From assembly GCA_964106915.2 (NCBI GenBank), contig OZ066919.1: a stretch of DNA of 64,000 nucleotides, one strand, 5' to 3'. This stretch comes from Podarcis gaigeae (Eukaryota). The notes under the pieces are model-generated. The model was not told the origin of the DNA. It saw only the letters and a program-made list of their open reading frames with translations, and did no database searches. The translations under genes and the position numbers were made by a program. This document shows, in pieces, positions 1-13,937 of the stretch (positions within the stretch are counted from its first letter, which is position 1; each line of letters begins with the position of its first letter).

Positions 1-290
1 GAAAGTTTACAAGCAAGACATGAGCACTAGAGCAATCTCTGCACTCATATTCTTCGGTGGTGGGTATTCAGAGACATGGAAGTAGCATACAGCTTTCATG
101 GCTGTTTGCCATGGATAGCCTTATCCACCATGAATTTATCAAATCACCCCTTTAAAGCTGGTTGCAGCCATCACGATCACCATACTCTATTTATCTGCTG
201 TGCGAATAAGTATTTTATTTTGCTGTTCTGAAATTTCCAACGTGCATCATCATTGAGTGGCCCAAGGTTCTAGGAATATATTAGAGTGAG
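1..290 (-). mobile_element. CR1 LINE 3' fragment, old
   Basis: catggct...gccatggatagccttatccaccatgaatttatc...tttaaagc...ccatcac pattern typical of reptile CR1 3' regions; a related + strand copy is at 34419. Confidence 0.55.
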
Positions 291-2281
291 GAAAGCAAGG
301 TAAAAAATTGTCGTCAAGCATCAGGCTTATTAGTCTCATTCTGCCCCCGCAATGCTTCATCAGCTCCCTTACCTGTTCACCCCTTTCCACTAATAGCCAG
401 GCTTGTCTTTCAGTTGGAGTTGTGTTTTTTTCTGGTCATCATTTTTGATTGGCTGCTTGTCCCACCTGCTTCCTCCTTCTCAGCTCTCTTCCAGAAGCCC
501 CTCTGCCCTGTGCAAACATTTCTCCTACACAAACTGACATTTTACTTCCTTCACATAATTTGCTGCTCAATTGGAACCTGCAGAAGATAAATGATAGCAA
601 TTTATTTTCTAGGTAATGTGCCATTTTTCAAGCCATAATCCCAGCTACTTCCCTTTTGGAACTATGTGTATCACTGTATATTTACACTGCACCACCCTCT
701 TCTGCTTTTTGAGATGACTCAGGTCCATATACCTCAATTAAAATCATTCCATTCTGTGGAAATCCTTATCCTCGTTTATAAAAGAAGCAGGAGGTCCTGG
801 GCGCTATACTCATTTTTGCAGTGTGTGCTGCTTTCGGCTGCCAAAACATCCTGTACAACTGGATTTGGCTTGCTGTCCTCAAGTTTTAGGAATCTCTTTA
901 GACAAGCCACACTGCAGCTTCCAAACTCTAAATAGGTAAGAGTCTTGGAGCCTCAGGGGACTGAAAACCCCCTGGTAATTTATTTTAAATAATACAGGTA
1001 TTTCCTAATTTACATCATTTTTCTGCATAGATGTCAATCAGCAGTACTGTAGTGCTGATGTAACTTTCATGCTTTATGATTTTGTATTGCTGGCACATCC
1101 TTCCTAACATTTAAGTGCTGCTGGAGCTAGTCTTTAGATCAGGTGTTTTGGCATAAAGAAGCTGAACTGAAAAGGCTGCCAATCACCGTTGCTATACATG
1201 CAATGTTTTATAATTTGCAAGTCTTTGACTTTGTAATGAAAAGCAGCCATGTAGTGGCTGCTTTTAAATCCAGGCACATGAGTGCTGCTCCTTGTGGGTG
1301 AGCATCACGTGCAGTCCCCATTGTGTACCACGTTATTGCAAGACACAGAGGTGTGTAGCAGCCTGTAAGGCAAAGTGTTACAAATAACTGATGTGCCAAC
1401 ACTGGACATTCTGCATGAGACACCAGTTTAAAGTGCTCTCTATGTAATGTGTCTGCTTATCATTTGCATCCACGCTCAGAGCTTAGGTATGAAAAGGTAT
1501 GGAGCCCTAGCAAACCGGAGAATGGATCTTGCTGAATTCACTCTGTTGTGGTGTGTCATGGACAATAGCATGAACAGCCTAATTAGCACTCTTCTTTGTT
1601 TTAGATATGTGCAATTATTGCCTCATTAATGAGGCACTGTCCTTTCCAGGATAATGTTTTATTGTTTGAGCTGAAGCCCCATATCAATGAATGAACAATA
1701 CAGATGACCAACTTAGCAACTGGCAAACGTGTGCAAGTTCGCCTGTTTCTTAAATGTTGTGCTGAAGTGCAACAATGGTTGGCTTGGTCTGCGGTAATTG
1801 TTGCTTCACCAGTAGATACTTATACATTCTGTGATATATCCACCTGCCCCACCTAGCCCCCTTGTTTCACAACACAGAGCTGTAGCTTCCCTTTCTCACT
1901 TTAAAAAAAATTATCCACCCTGAAACACATTGTAGTAATCCTACCACTATGGAGTTAAATTTAGAACCATTTGTATCCACATTTAGATTTTTCTTTTCAG
2001 TTCCTTTCAGTTTCTGCCCTGTGTATTCCAGCAAAAATTAGTCATTTTTCCTTAAGCCCTATTCAGATGTTTAGCTGAATGCATCAGGGCCCAAAGTGTG
2101 TGCATGACTGCATCTTCTCCTAACCTTTCTTTAGAGTGAATGCCTGAAGGGAGGATCCAGCTATATTCAACAGACACTAAACCTGTGGAGATTGGGAGTG
2201 AATATTGGGATAGGAGCAACACATGCTGTTTGGGCAGTGGCGGCGGCGGTGGTGGTGGGGTACAGTGTACACAGCCCAGCA

Positions 2282-2530
2282 CATAGGTGCCAACTCTGTG
2301 AGGCCCTGGTCCCTTTGGTCCTCCAATAGAATATTTAGGGGGAGCTGAACCCTCCCTATTTTCCACAAGTTGGCACCTTCCTCCCTTGGACAGCCACCTC
2401 CCTCCTAGCTGGACACCACCCTCTTTTACAGGTTTGTGTCCTCATGGTGAAGGAAGGTGGTGTGGAGAGAGGGGAGAAGTGAGGAGAGGCACACCCCCAC
2501 CCCAATATTTTCTTCAAGTTGGCATCTGTC
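2282..2530. mobile_element. Degenerate non-autonomous DNA transposon (hAT-like MITE)
   Basis: Left end CATAGGTGCCAACT; inverted AGTTGGCACC/AGTTGGCATC at about 2368 and 2518. Confidence 0.35.
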
Positions 2531-2652
2531 ACCAGCATCTTGTGTACCTATTCACCACAGACCCCTTGCTAATTTCTTCTGGTAGAGACAAGAAAAGGGT
2601 GGTTTTGACCTGTGTAAAATCCAGTTTGCAAATATCTCAAGGTAGTGCATGC

Positions 2653-2657
<5 letters not shown>

Positions 2658-2691
<34 letters not shown>
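2658..2691. repeat. (AC)n microsatellite
   Basis: About 17 perfect AC units. Confidence 0.95.
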
Positions 2692-2692
<1 letters not shown>

Positions 2693-4150
2693 ACTGTGCT
2701 TGCACACGTTTTCAAAAGTTGTTGCTACAGAGATGAAAAGCCATACTTTCAATCCCTTCAATTAAATGAAGAAGTGGTTTAGAGAGGAAACACGTACAGA
2801 AAGAAAATGCTGGAAATTAGAGCTAGGAGAAAGTGAAGTATCAACCTGTTAAGGAGAGCAGATGGTGAACATGCAATAAATGAAACTTAAAATGTTGATT
2901 TTGCCTTTTACAAGCCGCTGGTTTCAGAGGCTGAGTGGTGGTTTATGTGTACATGAAGTAAAACTGGAAAAACCAGTAGCTTGGAGGATTTGTAACCGAC
3001 AGGGGCCTAGGCTGTCTAACATTGTGAGGCTCAGCTGAGTTGGAAAAGCCACTTTTAATCCATAAACGGTTGCCCAGGGGTTTCTGAGGATATATGTGGA
3101 GAAATGAGTATAGTGGATGCCCTAGATAAGTTTTGTACTATGTGGCCCGGGAAGTCCTAATCCTGCATCAGAAATGTTTCCCCGCTCGCAAAGCAAGAGA
3201 GGAGGGAACACAGGTTAATACTAAAGTACAAGCTTTGTGTGAAACAAGTATCCAGGTTTAGTCCCTGTCATCTGGGCTGGGAAGGACATGTGCCAGCCAG
3301 GATAGAGAATCCCAGCTTGCTTGGACCAGCAGTTTTATTTGCTGTTAAGCAGCATTCCATGAACTTGCTATTGTGCCATCTCAGACAGGGAAGTTAGTGA
3401 AGAGATCTGATTCTGATAATCGAGGGATGAGGAGAGTTGCCAGCAGAAGTACACTGAAACCAGAAGATTGCAAACAAGATTGGGCTTCTAACACAGTTCC
3501 AGGAAACGGACCACTTTTCTTCATAATAGGCATGTGTCTAATCTTCTCAGAGAATGTCTGCGTGCCTCTTAAAGACAGATTGAATTGCTCATGTGAAAAA
3601 GCAAAATGTTTTGAGGAAATAGAACCTGTTTGTATGGTCATCAGTGACAAAACCGCTTGTAAAATGGTATTGAGAGCCACTTCAAACAGCAGAGATACTT
3701 TGGGCATGGGGGAGAAGCAAGTAGAGTTGGAATGGCAGGTACACTCCCAGTGCCAGATTGCAGCCTTGTTTGCTTCCTGGTTCAGAATGCCCGAAGGAGG
3801 AGTACATGGTGAATCCAGATAAGAACTCCTTGTTATTCCTTAGCTGCTTTTACAACCTGTTCCTTACAGAGGCAGCTGGACGGCTTTTAAGGCTGTCTAA
3901 TATTTCAACTATGCTTCAGTTATTATTATTCAGTACAAGGTTCTGGGTCCAGCTTTCTGGAGGTAGAATTATTCTGAGTGCATTGGAAGAATGCTGCAGT
4001 TTCCTGAAAATACCCATTTTCACATTTGTAATAAACTTAGCATTCCTTACAGCAGCTAAGTGACCTTTACTGGTATGAAAGCACTTTCTGCTTAAAAGGG
4101 TCTCTTTACTATTGATTGATCATCGCAGGTGGGAGAAAGCAGGGATTGAG

Positions 4151-5665
4151 AACATGGGAAGCTGCCTTATACCAACCAACTCAGACCACTGTTCATCCAG
4201 CTCAGAGTCATCTACGTTGTACACCAGGGGAGGGTAGTCATTAGTCTTGCAGGATCTACCATATTATTGTACTAGAACTCTTGAGATCCCCCAAACAGAG
4301 CCAAGGGCTTATCTACTTCCTCTTGTCCTACTGCTTTCCCCTGGGGAAAAAATGCTCTTTTGTTATCGGTCAGAGCAAATGGCACGGGTTTTCTGTGAAC
4401 TGCCATTTGTTCCAATTTAAAGCTAAAGAGCAGGTTTTTCTTGGGAAATGAGTGGGACAAGGGGAAACTTGCTTAGACCCATGCTTTCTAGGCATGGGGC
4501 AAGCAAAAGTGTGGACAAGCCCTAAGAATTAAGGACAGAGTGCCCTTTAACATATGTTTAGCCTAGATTTCCCTGCAAGGCTTTCTTTGTTTCAGCAACC
4601 TAATTTAGAATTTTTGTGTCTCTCTCTGTGTTATTTTATTTTATTTATTTATACTCCACCCATCTGGCTGGGTTGCCCCACCTATTTTTGGTGTTGCTAT
4701 TACAGTGGTACCTTGGGTTAAGAACTTACGGTAATTCGTTCCGGACGTCTGTTCTTAACCTGAAACTGTTCTTAATCTGAGATATCACTTTAGCTGATGG
4801 GGCCTCCTACTGCAGCCACGCCGCCGTGTGATTTCTGTTCTCATCCTGAAGCAAAGTTCTTAACCCGAGGTACTATTTCTGGGTTAGTGGAGTCTGTAAC
4901 CTGAAGCGTCTGTAACCCAAGGTACCACTGTACTAGACAGTTGGAATCCCTTACCAAGCTCCTGGAAATCACCCAGAGATCTGCCAGTAGTTTCCAATCT
5001 ACCACCACACCTGCTTGATACTGTCTAGCGGGGTTTCAGACAGAAGTCTTTTCCAGCTCTGCTTGGAGACACTGGGAGGGTTTTTTAAAAGCAACTGCAC
5101 CAATTCCCCATAGTAACCCCCCCATACCGAAAAAGCAAAGACTGAACGAACACAAAGCGTGCTTTACACCCTGTATCAATGGCAGTTTCTCCCTAGGAGC
5201 CACTAGTTCTTATCTACCATATAGTGACGGTTCATTTATGAGTCTGCTTTAGTTTGGTGGCAGGTGCAAAAACAGGAATATTTTAAGAGTAGCTACAAGG
5301 ATAAAATGAAGTGTTACCTGCCAAAAGATGAAGGTGAAGAAGAGGTGGTTTCCGCTCAAAAGAAGATGTTTTAATCTGGTTTTGGCAGTTTATTTTAAGT
5401 ATGGAAATGGAGCACATTCTACCCTGATACAATATGGGTACATGCTGTCCCTGACATTTCATGTTAATTAACTGCTTAATAAACACTTATGCCTCATATG
5501 TCTAATTTCCCCCCTTTTTTCAAACTTCACATTATCAATTTTCTAACGGTACAGTCCCCCCCCCCAACTCATTTCTGTCCAACCGCACACTGAAGAAAAG
5601 GCATAGGGGGTTGAATCTGGGACGTTTTGTATGCAAAACGTAGTCTCGAACAATAGCCCTTCCCC
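4151..5665 (-). mobile_element. tRNA-Ala-derived SINE split into three colinear pieces (4151-4216, 5020-5077, 5606-5665)
   Basis: Each piece aligns by eye to successive parts of the intact copy at 24448-24625. Confidence 0.5.
4703..4930. mobile_element. Tc1/mariner-superfamily MITE, 228 bp
   Basis: Perfect 18-bp TIRs CAGTGGTACCTTGGGTTA / TAACCCAAGGTACCACTG, flanked by TA at 4701-4702 and 4931-4932. Confidence 0.9.
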
Positions 5666-8600
5666 ATTGTGTAAGACCAAATGTGTGCGTGTGTTTTAAA
5701 TTTATCTACCATCTATTTTCTACAGAAGAAAAGTATCTTTTTTCTACATGACTGTTAATTGTTTTGCATAATATACCCCTCATTTGTGGAGGTTTCCCCC
5801 CCATATTTAGTATATGTTCTTGTTTGGGAAAGTGGTTTGTCAGTAGAATTCTTTTTATTTCTCCCCTTTTTCTGACTTACCTGCTATTCATTGCACTCAG
5901 GTAGGTTATCCTTACAATGTGCCAAATAAAGAACAGCTCTGGCAAGTGCCAGGAGCAAATGTCAGTCTCTTGCCAAGGAAAATAAATGGATATATACAGT
6001 AAGCTTATGTCCAGGAGAATTCTCATGAATCTCACAGAAGTTCTTGCTCATTAAAAGTGGAATTTCCTTAATAGCCTGGAAATGTCAAACTCTGTGCTAA
6101 TCTATTGCTCTTGAGTGATGGGTGTGCACACATACATGCTGATAGAGGGATCGTGAGCAGACAGAATCATGTATGCCTTACAGAAAATAGGAAGCCAATG
6201 ACCAAGTTCAGATGTAACATTAGACTGTGGTTTAACACTGCATGAATCAGCCTCCTCTCTTCCTGAGCAACTCTATTCCTCCCATACAGCCAAGAACATG
6301 AGTCCACAGGCTGTTCCTTTTTTGTAAACTGTGACTTCGTGTGCTATCTGAAGCAGGGATAACGTTTTCTCACTAACTGCACTTAGTTTTCAAACAAGTC
6401 AACTTCAAATTGTGAGTTATGAAGCTGTATTGATTTTATATAAAAACCCTAACCATAGTTAGTGTTAAACTACTATTCTCAGTTTTGACAACGCAGGAAG
6501 TCATAGTTTACTGAAAGCAAAGCAAGAGCTTATATGTTCCTTCTTTTAGCTGTGGGTAGGTGGGGAGAGCCCTGAAGGAAGGTAGACTCATTCACATTGC
6601 TTTTAAACAGTGGTTTAGTGTAACATCCAGACACGACTGAATATATGTGAGCTGCTAATGGCTTGTCCTTCGGTGTTTTGCCAGGTAAAAACATACATTT
6701 CTCTGCAATCGAAAAAGCACAGGTTGCAATCTCATTTGGGTGTTTAAGTGACAGAATGCATGAAACTGAGTGCTTGACTTTGTGTTCCCACATATTTTTT
6801 ACATCCAACAAACAGCTTTAAAAGCATTGTAGGCTGCTCTAGCTCCATATCTAATTCAAAATGCCGAATGCTGCTGCATATAAGACTGAAGCAAAAATTA
6901 AACCAACCCCCCCCCCAAAAAAAACCCCTGGCATTCAAAGAGGCAAATTGATAGGTCTGAAGGATATTCTGACAATAGCTTGAATTAAGCACACAGAGTG
7001 AAGGGTGGGAGGGAAGGCACTGTACCCATTAAACAAGTGCAGGTGGTTGGGATGCAGCGGTGCATCTCACCCAGCATCATTAACTGTGACTGGGAATTGC
7101 TCTCCCACAGAGGCCTTTCTCGGTCTTGGGGCGGCATGCTTGCAAAGCAAGTGCTCAGCAGCTGAGCCTCTGCAGGTCCAGTTAAAAGACTGGATCCAGC
7201 CTGGAAGCTCAACTTGTAGCTTTTACAGTTGAGACCCCTTGGACTTGACTTTCATTACAGAAAAGTAGCACTTGTTGTAGCCCTTCTGAGCTTCATCTGG
7301 AATTGTACTTACTACGTAATTTTTCCTCCTTCAAGAATTTTACTATCCCAGTGAAATGTTTTAAAAATACTGGAAGCTGGCTACCAGGAATTGCTTGCAT
7401 AGGCTGAAAGAGAGCAATACACTGCCCTGTTCTCTGCTTCAGGCAGTAATGAGAATTCTGTGCCACTGTGCATACAGATAAGGGCAGGGATCTGGGCCAA
7501 ATCTCTTGGGCTGAGCCCAAACGATTGCCTTTTGTTCCATGTTAGTTTGTTTTTGTCCTTTTGCATTATTATATTTCTCTTCACATGTTTGCAGGGTACA
7601 CGTGCAGACATCAGTACATGGATGGAAAGGGAAACGAGACATAACAAGGAGGGAAGCTTCCATTGATGCCAGTAGCACTTTCCCTCCTGGTTCAAATAGC
7701 AGCTTTTGGGGCAGGGGGCAAGAAAGGTTTTTGCCAGGAACATGGCTGACAGACACCATTAACTGCCCCTTGGTACAGGGTCCAAATCCTGTTCTCCCCT
7801 CGGCCACAAATTATAAGAAAGCTAGGCACATTAATTTCAACCATCCATTTAACATGTCGCCAAGTTTGGCCCCCAGCTTTGCACTGCTGACCATAGTTTC
7901 AAGCGCCACCACCAAGTGACATTCTGCACATCTTTATTTGGAGGGTGATGTTTAGCCCTGATGAATGCCTGCGATTTGGAAGACTGTGGGTTCCACTCAG
8001 CATTGTTCCATGGGCAGATGTACAGTCCACTTACACCAGACAGAGCAAGTACTGAAAAAGTGTGTGTGTTTTTGTCACGGGGTCATGCATAGTTTTGTTT
8101 CTGACTACACACCAGATTTTGCATGGCTCTGCTCCTGAGTAGCTAACTCTTTAGGTTCAGCCTCTGTCCCTCTCCCTTCTTGAACACATTCATTAACCTC
8201 TTTCTGTTATATACGTTGTGATGGTAGATGTGATGAAACTAAAATGAAACCAAGTACATAATCTCCAACACTTTTTGGTTGTGGGGGCAGGGAGCAGAGA
8301 AGTGACATGCTCCCTGCAGAAGTTTTACATGGCAAAAGTTTTGCAGTCTTTGGTGGTGCACATATTTGTATTTGGTTGAGGAAAATACTGGGTGCTTTTT
8401 AAAAGCACAAAACCCGTAGCATTTTCTCCTGTATTAAAATGCATTTTCTTCCGAAGTCTGATAGTTTTCCTGTGATCAAGTGATACTGTTCTAGAAGAAA
8501 ATGTGTGTGGCTGCACCTTTCTGTAAAAACTGGATGTGCTGAGAAAGATCAAGGGATTTCAAAAACCTTCCCTGTCAAACAGTCTTAATATAATAACTCT

Positions 8601-10954
8601 TGTCTTACCTTTTCCCTTCCCTGATATTCAAGTGCTGTGAAACTTCAAAGGCTTGGCTTGTTTTCAATTGCTATTTTGAACCACTTGCTGTTCATCAGCC
8701 TAGGAACAAAATCACTTTTTACAAACTAGCTAGATCTAATTTAAATGGTGTTTGAGAAAGGCTCTATATTTTCTTGAGCCCTTTGTCTCTTATTAGTTTA
8801 AGAAAATGCTAATACAGTGCCAAAACATTGTTTAACATGTCACAAAACTCCAAAGCTTGTTCTGCAACAAAGCTAAATAAGCCTTCTGAATTTAAGTTAA
8901 GCAGAAGGAAAAATATATCATGTTTGCACTATAAATGAAGGTGCTGAAGAACTAAACTTTTTCCTTGAACAAGTTCAGCAAAATCCTTTGATTTACTTAT
9001 TTCCCCCCCCCTTTTTTTTGCTCTGTATAAAAGAAGAAGAGCAAAACCCTCTCATGCTTGTTTATAGCCTTGCCAACAGAGTTGGAAAGGAGTGCCTGGC
9101 CTTTGCCAATGAAGAGTTCACCTGGGTGTGAGGATGAGTACCTCCTCTATGTAGAGAGCACTGATCTTGGGGAGGGCAAGAGTTCTGGGGCAAGACGGTT
9201 CAAACAAGACACAGTATTTATGTACTATGAAAGGCGTGGGGGAGACATGGGAGGCAGCTGCAACGGTTATACATTACAGCAAGGGTTTTTCTTTAACTTG
9301 CTTACCTGTGTGGGGTGCTGTGTCCTTGCATCTCCAGTTGTGGGAGCAGAAGGTAACTTGGCATTTGGGCCTGAAGCTCCAAGGTGAGATACTGTACCAG
9401 ATAAGGTTCTGGGAAGAGAGGTGGAGGCTTCTGCCAAAGTCGAAAGCTGTCAAATCTTCAGGATGGGATTGCATCCTAATTAAATTGCAATTCATTATTT
9501 ATGTTTGCTTACCATTTTTGAGCTTTTCTTTTGATATACTTCCACACTTGTCTTTATCAGCTCTGAATTTCTCCTGCTGTTTTATTGTCTCTCTCACAGC
9601 CCTTTAAAGTTAGCTTCTTTGAGAAATCGTGCATCCTTTTGCCTGACTTGTGTGTGCTTTTGCCTCATTTGACAGCTCCCTTTCTGATTAATTTATGCTT
9701 ATGTCAAACAGAGGCCCCATTATTTGCTTCAGATTCTTTCTTTCTGTCGGTTGCTTCATCAGATCTTTAAAAGATTTGATTCTCGTACCACTTCTTGGTT
9801 TTCATAGGAGTCTCTTAGTTTGGGAGCTCTGGGTTTGCATGTACAGATTGTGCAGAGGTCTGTGCATATTAAGTTCATTGCAAGCAAGCTTTTTTGCACA
9901 CACTGCCTTAAGTCAAACATGTGGATGGCAGGTGGAACCAGCAGGTGCCCCATGAAGGGGATGGTGGTAATCCTGTTTGCCACTATGCAGGCACTTTGAA
10001 GGTTTGCAGAGGACTGCAGTTTGGCACTACACAGGCTGTAAGAACAAAAGCGGGGGTTTCTCAGCAACATCATTGCTCTTATGTAGCTGCCCTACATGTC
10101 TTTGTCCAAATGCAGAGCTTTTTCTCAGGTATATAGATTTGGGTGTTAGAAGTAATTAGGTGTTTTGTTTTGTTTTTTTAAGAAATAATGAGGAAATCTT
10201 AGAACCTTATTTCTAAACAGATTATAATCTATTCATTTCCTTTCTATTTTGGGGGGGGGGGGGAGTGGGAAGATAAGGTGCTCAACTTGCAGCTTAACAC
10301 AAAAGGTGATTTTTGCCAGGCTTTTAGGCTAACTCTTCCAGCCGGCTGCATTTGCCTTGAGCATTAGCTTAACTTCTTCATAAACATCCCTCCTTGGCCT
10401 CTGCACAGAGGAAGGTGTCGGGTTTTCAAGGTGATTAGCAGGGAACAATTTACCCATGCAGCAGCTGTTCCTCCATATGGATGTGTGGAACACAGTCAAA
10501 GATAAGTGAAGGGCAGGGCAGGAGGTGTCCACAGAAAGCAAAAAACCGGCTTTCATCAATCCTGATAAAATTAACATCTGGGAAACTTTTACAAAAAGCT
10601 GCCTTTTTGTTGCCGCTGTTTCACGTAGGGCTACTTCATGTATTACAAACAGAAAAGAGATTAATCTACATGTCAGGTGATGCGTGAGCAAACTGCCAGC
10701 CTGGATCTAATCGCTGCGTGGAATTATGCTTAACACCAAAGCACCTTTGTCCACAAAATGGCACAGCCAACTCTGACCCTGAATGGTATGGGGATGGTGT
10801 GGTGCATTTTTTTCCCTTTCAAAGAAGCCTCCCTTCCCCACATTAAATGCTGGAATTCTGGGATGAACTGGGAATTGGGAGTGCACACCTGATTCTCTGA
10901 CTCCAGTCCTCTACGTTCCAAGATACTTTAATATTTTGAAGGGCCTTCCCTCCT

Positions 10955-11181
10955 ATTATTCATTATTTTTTTACATTTATATCCCAACAGTCCAAGGAGT
11001 TGAAGGTGCTGTACATAGTTCTCCCTCATTTTATCCTCACAACAACCCTGTGAGGTAGGTTAGGCAGCGACTGGCCCCAAGGTCAGCACCCAGTGAGCTT
11101 CATACCTGGGAGGGGGGTGTATTTGAACCCCAATCTCCCTGGTCTTAGTGCAATGCTCTCTTGACTACACTACATTGGCTC
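10955..11181 (-). mobile_element. Squamate tRNA/CORE-like SINE (Squam3-type)
   Basis: cattttatcctcacaacaaccctgtgaggtaggttaggc...cccaaggtca..cccagtgagcttcat...tttgaaccc...ctacactacattggctc, with a ttta-rich tail. Confidence 0.7.
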
Positions 11182-11979
11182 ATAAATATTACTGTATCCG
11201 AATAATGCAATTCCAAGCCAGAATGAGATTTGATGTCTCTCTATAGATTTTAGAAGAATGCAGCTGCAAATGAAATGAGTAGCATTAGATCACAAGGAAG
11301 GTAGTTGGGGACCAGAATCTGATGTTAGGCAGAGTGAGGCAGCCGCCTCAGGTAGCACATGCTGTGTGGGTGGTGGTGTGGCAGCCAGAAGCTGGATGAT
11401 AGAGGTAGGTGTGCACCACATGGTCTACCCTGCATGCCCCATGGGATGTGGTGGAGTGCGCCATCTTTGCTAGTGTTGAAGCAAGATTCAACAGCCGGTC
11501 CAGTTGGCTTCTCTACATAGAATGGACAGCACCAGAGTGCCTTTTACCCCAGGCAGCAAAATGTCTTGGGCCAGCCCTTTCAGGGACAATAGAACACATT
11601 ATAAAGAGTTTTTATAAGAAAAACATATAAAAAGCATGTTAACCTAGCCACTTGGGGACTTAGCTGGAGATTGCATTTGCTATTAAGCAAATGTATGATA
11701 TTAATTACATTTGTTCCTAAGAAAGTTACCAATGCATTTGCAAGCAGGCCTTTGTTCTTGTCGGGGAGCAGAACAAGCTTCTCTCTTACGGCATCTAGAT
11801 TCTGAAGCAAGATAGATCCTAAACAAGGTAGTTTGCTGTATTTTTGTCCCAAGCAAAAGTCAAGATTGTTTTTAGGGGAAGGATTTTTGATTTATGTTGA
11901 TTTGTTTGCATGTTGGCTGCTCTTCGGCCAAGGCTCTCAGAGCAGCTCATAAGAATTAAATTAATATACAATGACAATG

Positions 11980-12126
11980 TGATAACTCAGCCAGTAGAGC
12001 ATGCGACTTAACCTCAGAGTTGTGGGTTTGAGCCCCACATTGGGCAAAAGATTCCTGCATCACAGGGGGTTGGACAAGGTGACCCTTAGGGTCCCTTCCC
12101 AGCTCTACAAGTCTACGATTCTGTGA
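11980..12126 (+). mobile_element. tRNA-Lys(CTT)-headed SINE with CR1-derived 3' tail
   Basis: Head ...ctcagccagtagagcatgcgacttaacctcagagttgtgggtttgagccccacattgggc resembles tRNA-Lys; tail gggttggac..gacccttagggtcccttcc..ctctac..ctacgattct is a CR1 3' end. Confidence 0.8.
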
Positions 12127-13816
12127 ATATCAAACTGTACAATAGGTTGCCAATAAAGAAGGCAACATTCCAGCATGATGAAATGCAAACAAGCCAAAAG
12201 ACCTGGGCAAATAAAAAGGTCCTCACCTGGCACCAAACAGAAAACCAAGGCTAAGGCTGTGTACTACATACCACACATTTTAATGCACCTTACTACCTCC
12301 GAAGGAATAACTTTTTCTTTTTATAAATGAAAATTAGGTATATTTACAGTTTGAAGCTGGACACAAAAAGGAGAGTCGCTGTTAAGAGAGGAAGAAGAGC
12401 AGTTGCCCAGTAGGATTGATTAATCTTTATTAAGTTAGTTAATATTAGTGGCTAACAGCAGAACTGAATACATATGAAACGTATAGAATGAACACAGAGC
12501 CCATTAAACAGATTAAGCATATGACCTTTGCATTTTCTACTCAAATGAGAATGGCTACATCATAGCAAGTAGGAAATGCCAAAATAAATATATGCCTGTA
12601 CATCAGCCTCAGAATAAATATGTAGAACAGCCCCGTATGCCTCCATCGCAAAGAAACAGAGAGCGCATTACTTGGTCAGGTGACTCATAGGAGAATTGGT
12701 GGACTTGGCTCATTTCCAGAACCGTTCTCTCTGGCCCTGGTCAAATACTCCAGTACTCCATCTGTTTAGAGAACTAAAGAAATATTGTTTTGCCTTTTAG
12801 GCAACACTTTATATCCGGGTTTCTCCAGGAACCTGTTTAATGAACAACCAGTTTTGTTACACTAATCCCTAATAATGCTAGGATAAACATAGTTTTGTTT
12901 GCTAAATATTTAGAATCTAGAGGAGCCCTGAGAATTTAGAGCAGTTGTGAATAAATATGCTTCATAAAATCAACAACAACCACAACTACAACAGCAACCA
13001 CAACAATCCCTGCCCCTGGATTCTACCACCTTGCTCTGCATAACTCAGAAATGATGCAGGGAGCGAAGGATGCCTTCCCTGCACCAGGCTTTGTGTGTGA
13101 TCTCATGTTTTGCAAAGCCAAATCAATAGGTATAGGAAGAGCACTCCCTATTTTCTCTCGCTTGAAAATGCCACCCAGCTAGCATTTCCCTTCTAAAGAA
13201 AACATGGGGTTGTGAATCCTGTGTTTTTTCTCCTATCGTGTAGACCTGTGCCAGGAGTTGGAGAAATGGGATTTTGTTGCACGTAGTAAGGTAACTGGAG
13301 CTCTCATGTACCCTGGCTCTACTATGGATTTGGATAACATTTGTTCATACTCTGCACAACTACAGTACCAGCACAGTTTCTTTCTAGTGGCATAAACACC
13401 TTATCTGGAAATGGGCTTGTGCTTAGTAAATGGAATCTCATCTGCTTAAAGGTATGGCTTGTTATCAACAGAACAGTTATTCAAAACTGCCTTGATTCTG
13501 GAATTTGTAGGCATATGCATAGGATTATAAAAGTCCAGTTTATTCTCTCAGTTAGTATAAATTAGAAGTAGCTGCTCTAGAGAATAGAATTGCATGTGTC
13601 TATAGGATAGACCAGCCCGTGGCACGTTTAGTGTACTACCTTAATGTTGGGGCCACCAAATCTAGTTTACATGTTCCTATTGTGAAAATTCTGCAGCTCT
13701 GAGCATAATAACCTGATGTCCTGTGGAGAGCCAATCTTCTATAATAAGTGGGAAAGCATCTATCATTGGTGCTAAATGCACACGGTGTTGTTTCACCCCT
13801 GCACTTTCTCTTTCAG

Positions 13817-13937
13817 TCTGAATACCATTATGAATACACAGCATGTAACAGCCAAGGCTCCAGATGGAGAGTAGCTGTGCCGCACAACCCAGGACTCTGC
13901 ACCGGCTTGCCAGACCCCATCAAAGGCACAAAATGCT
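13817..13937 (+). CDS. ELAPOR1: ELAPOR1 exon 2
   Basis: tttcag|[40 protein letters not shown]|gtaagc; 121 nt. Confidence 0.95.

Noticed and set aside
12674-12687. Estrogen response element (ELAPOR1 is estrogen-induced in mammals)
   Set aside because: GGTCAggTGACT has a 2-nt spacer and an imperfect half-site; no canonical GGTCAnnnTGACC was spotted.
1-13816. ELAPOR1 exon 1 or promoter
   Set aside because: No CpG island or signal-peptide exon ending in a phase-0 donor was found; the region is most likely intron 1.
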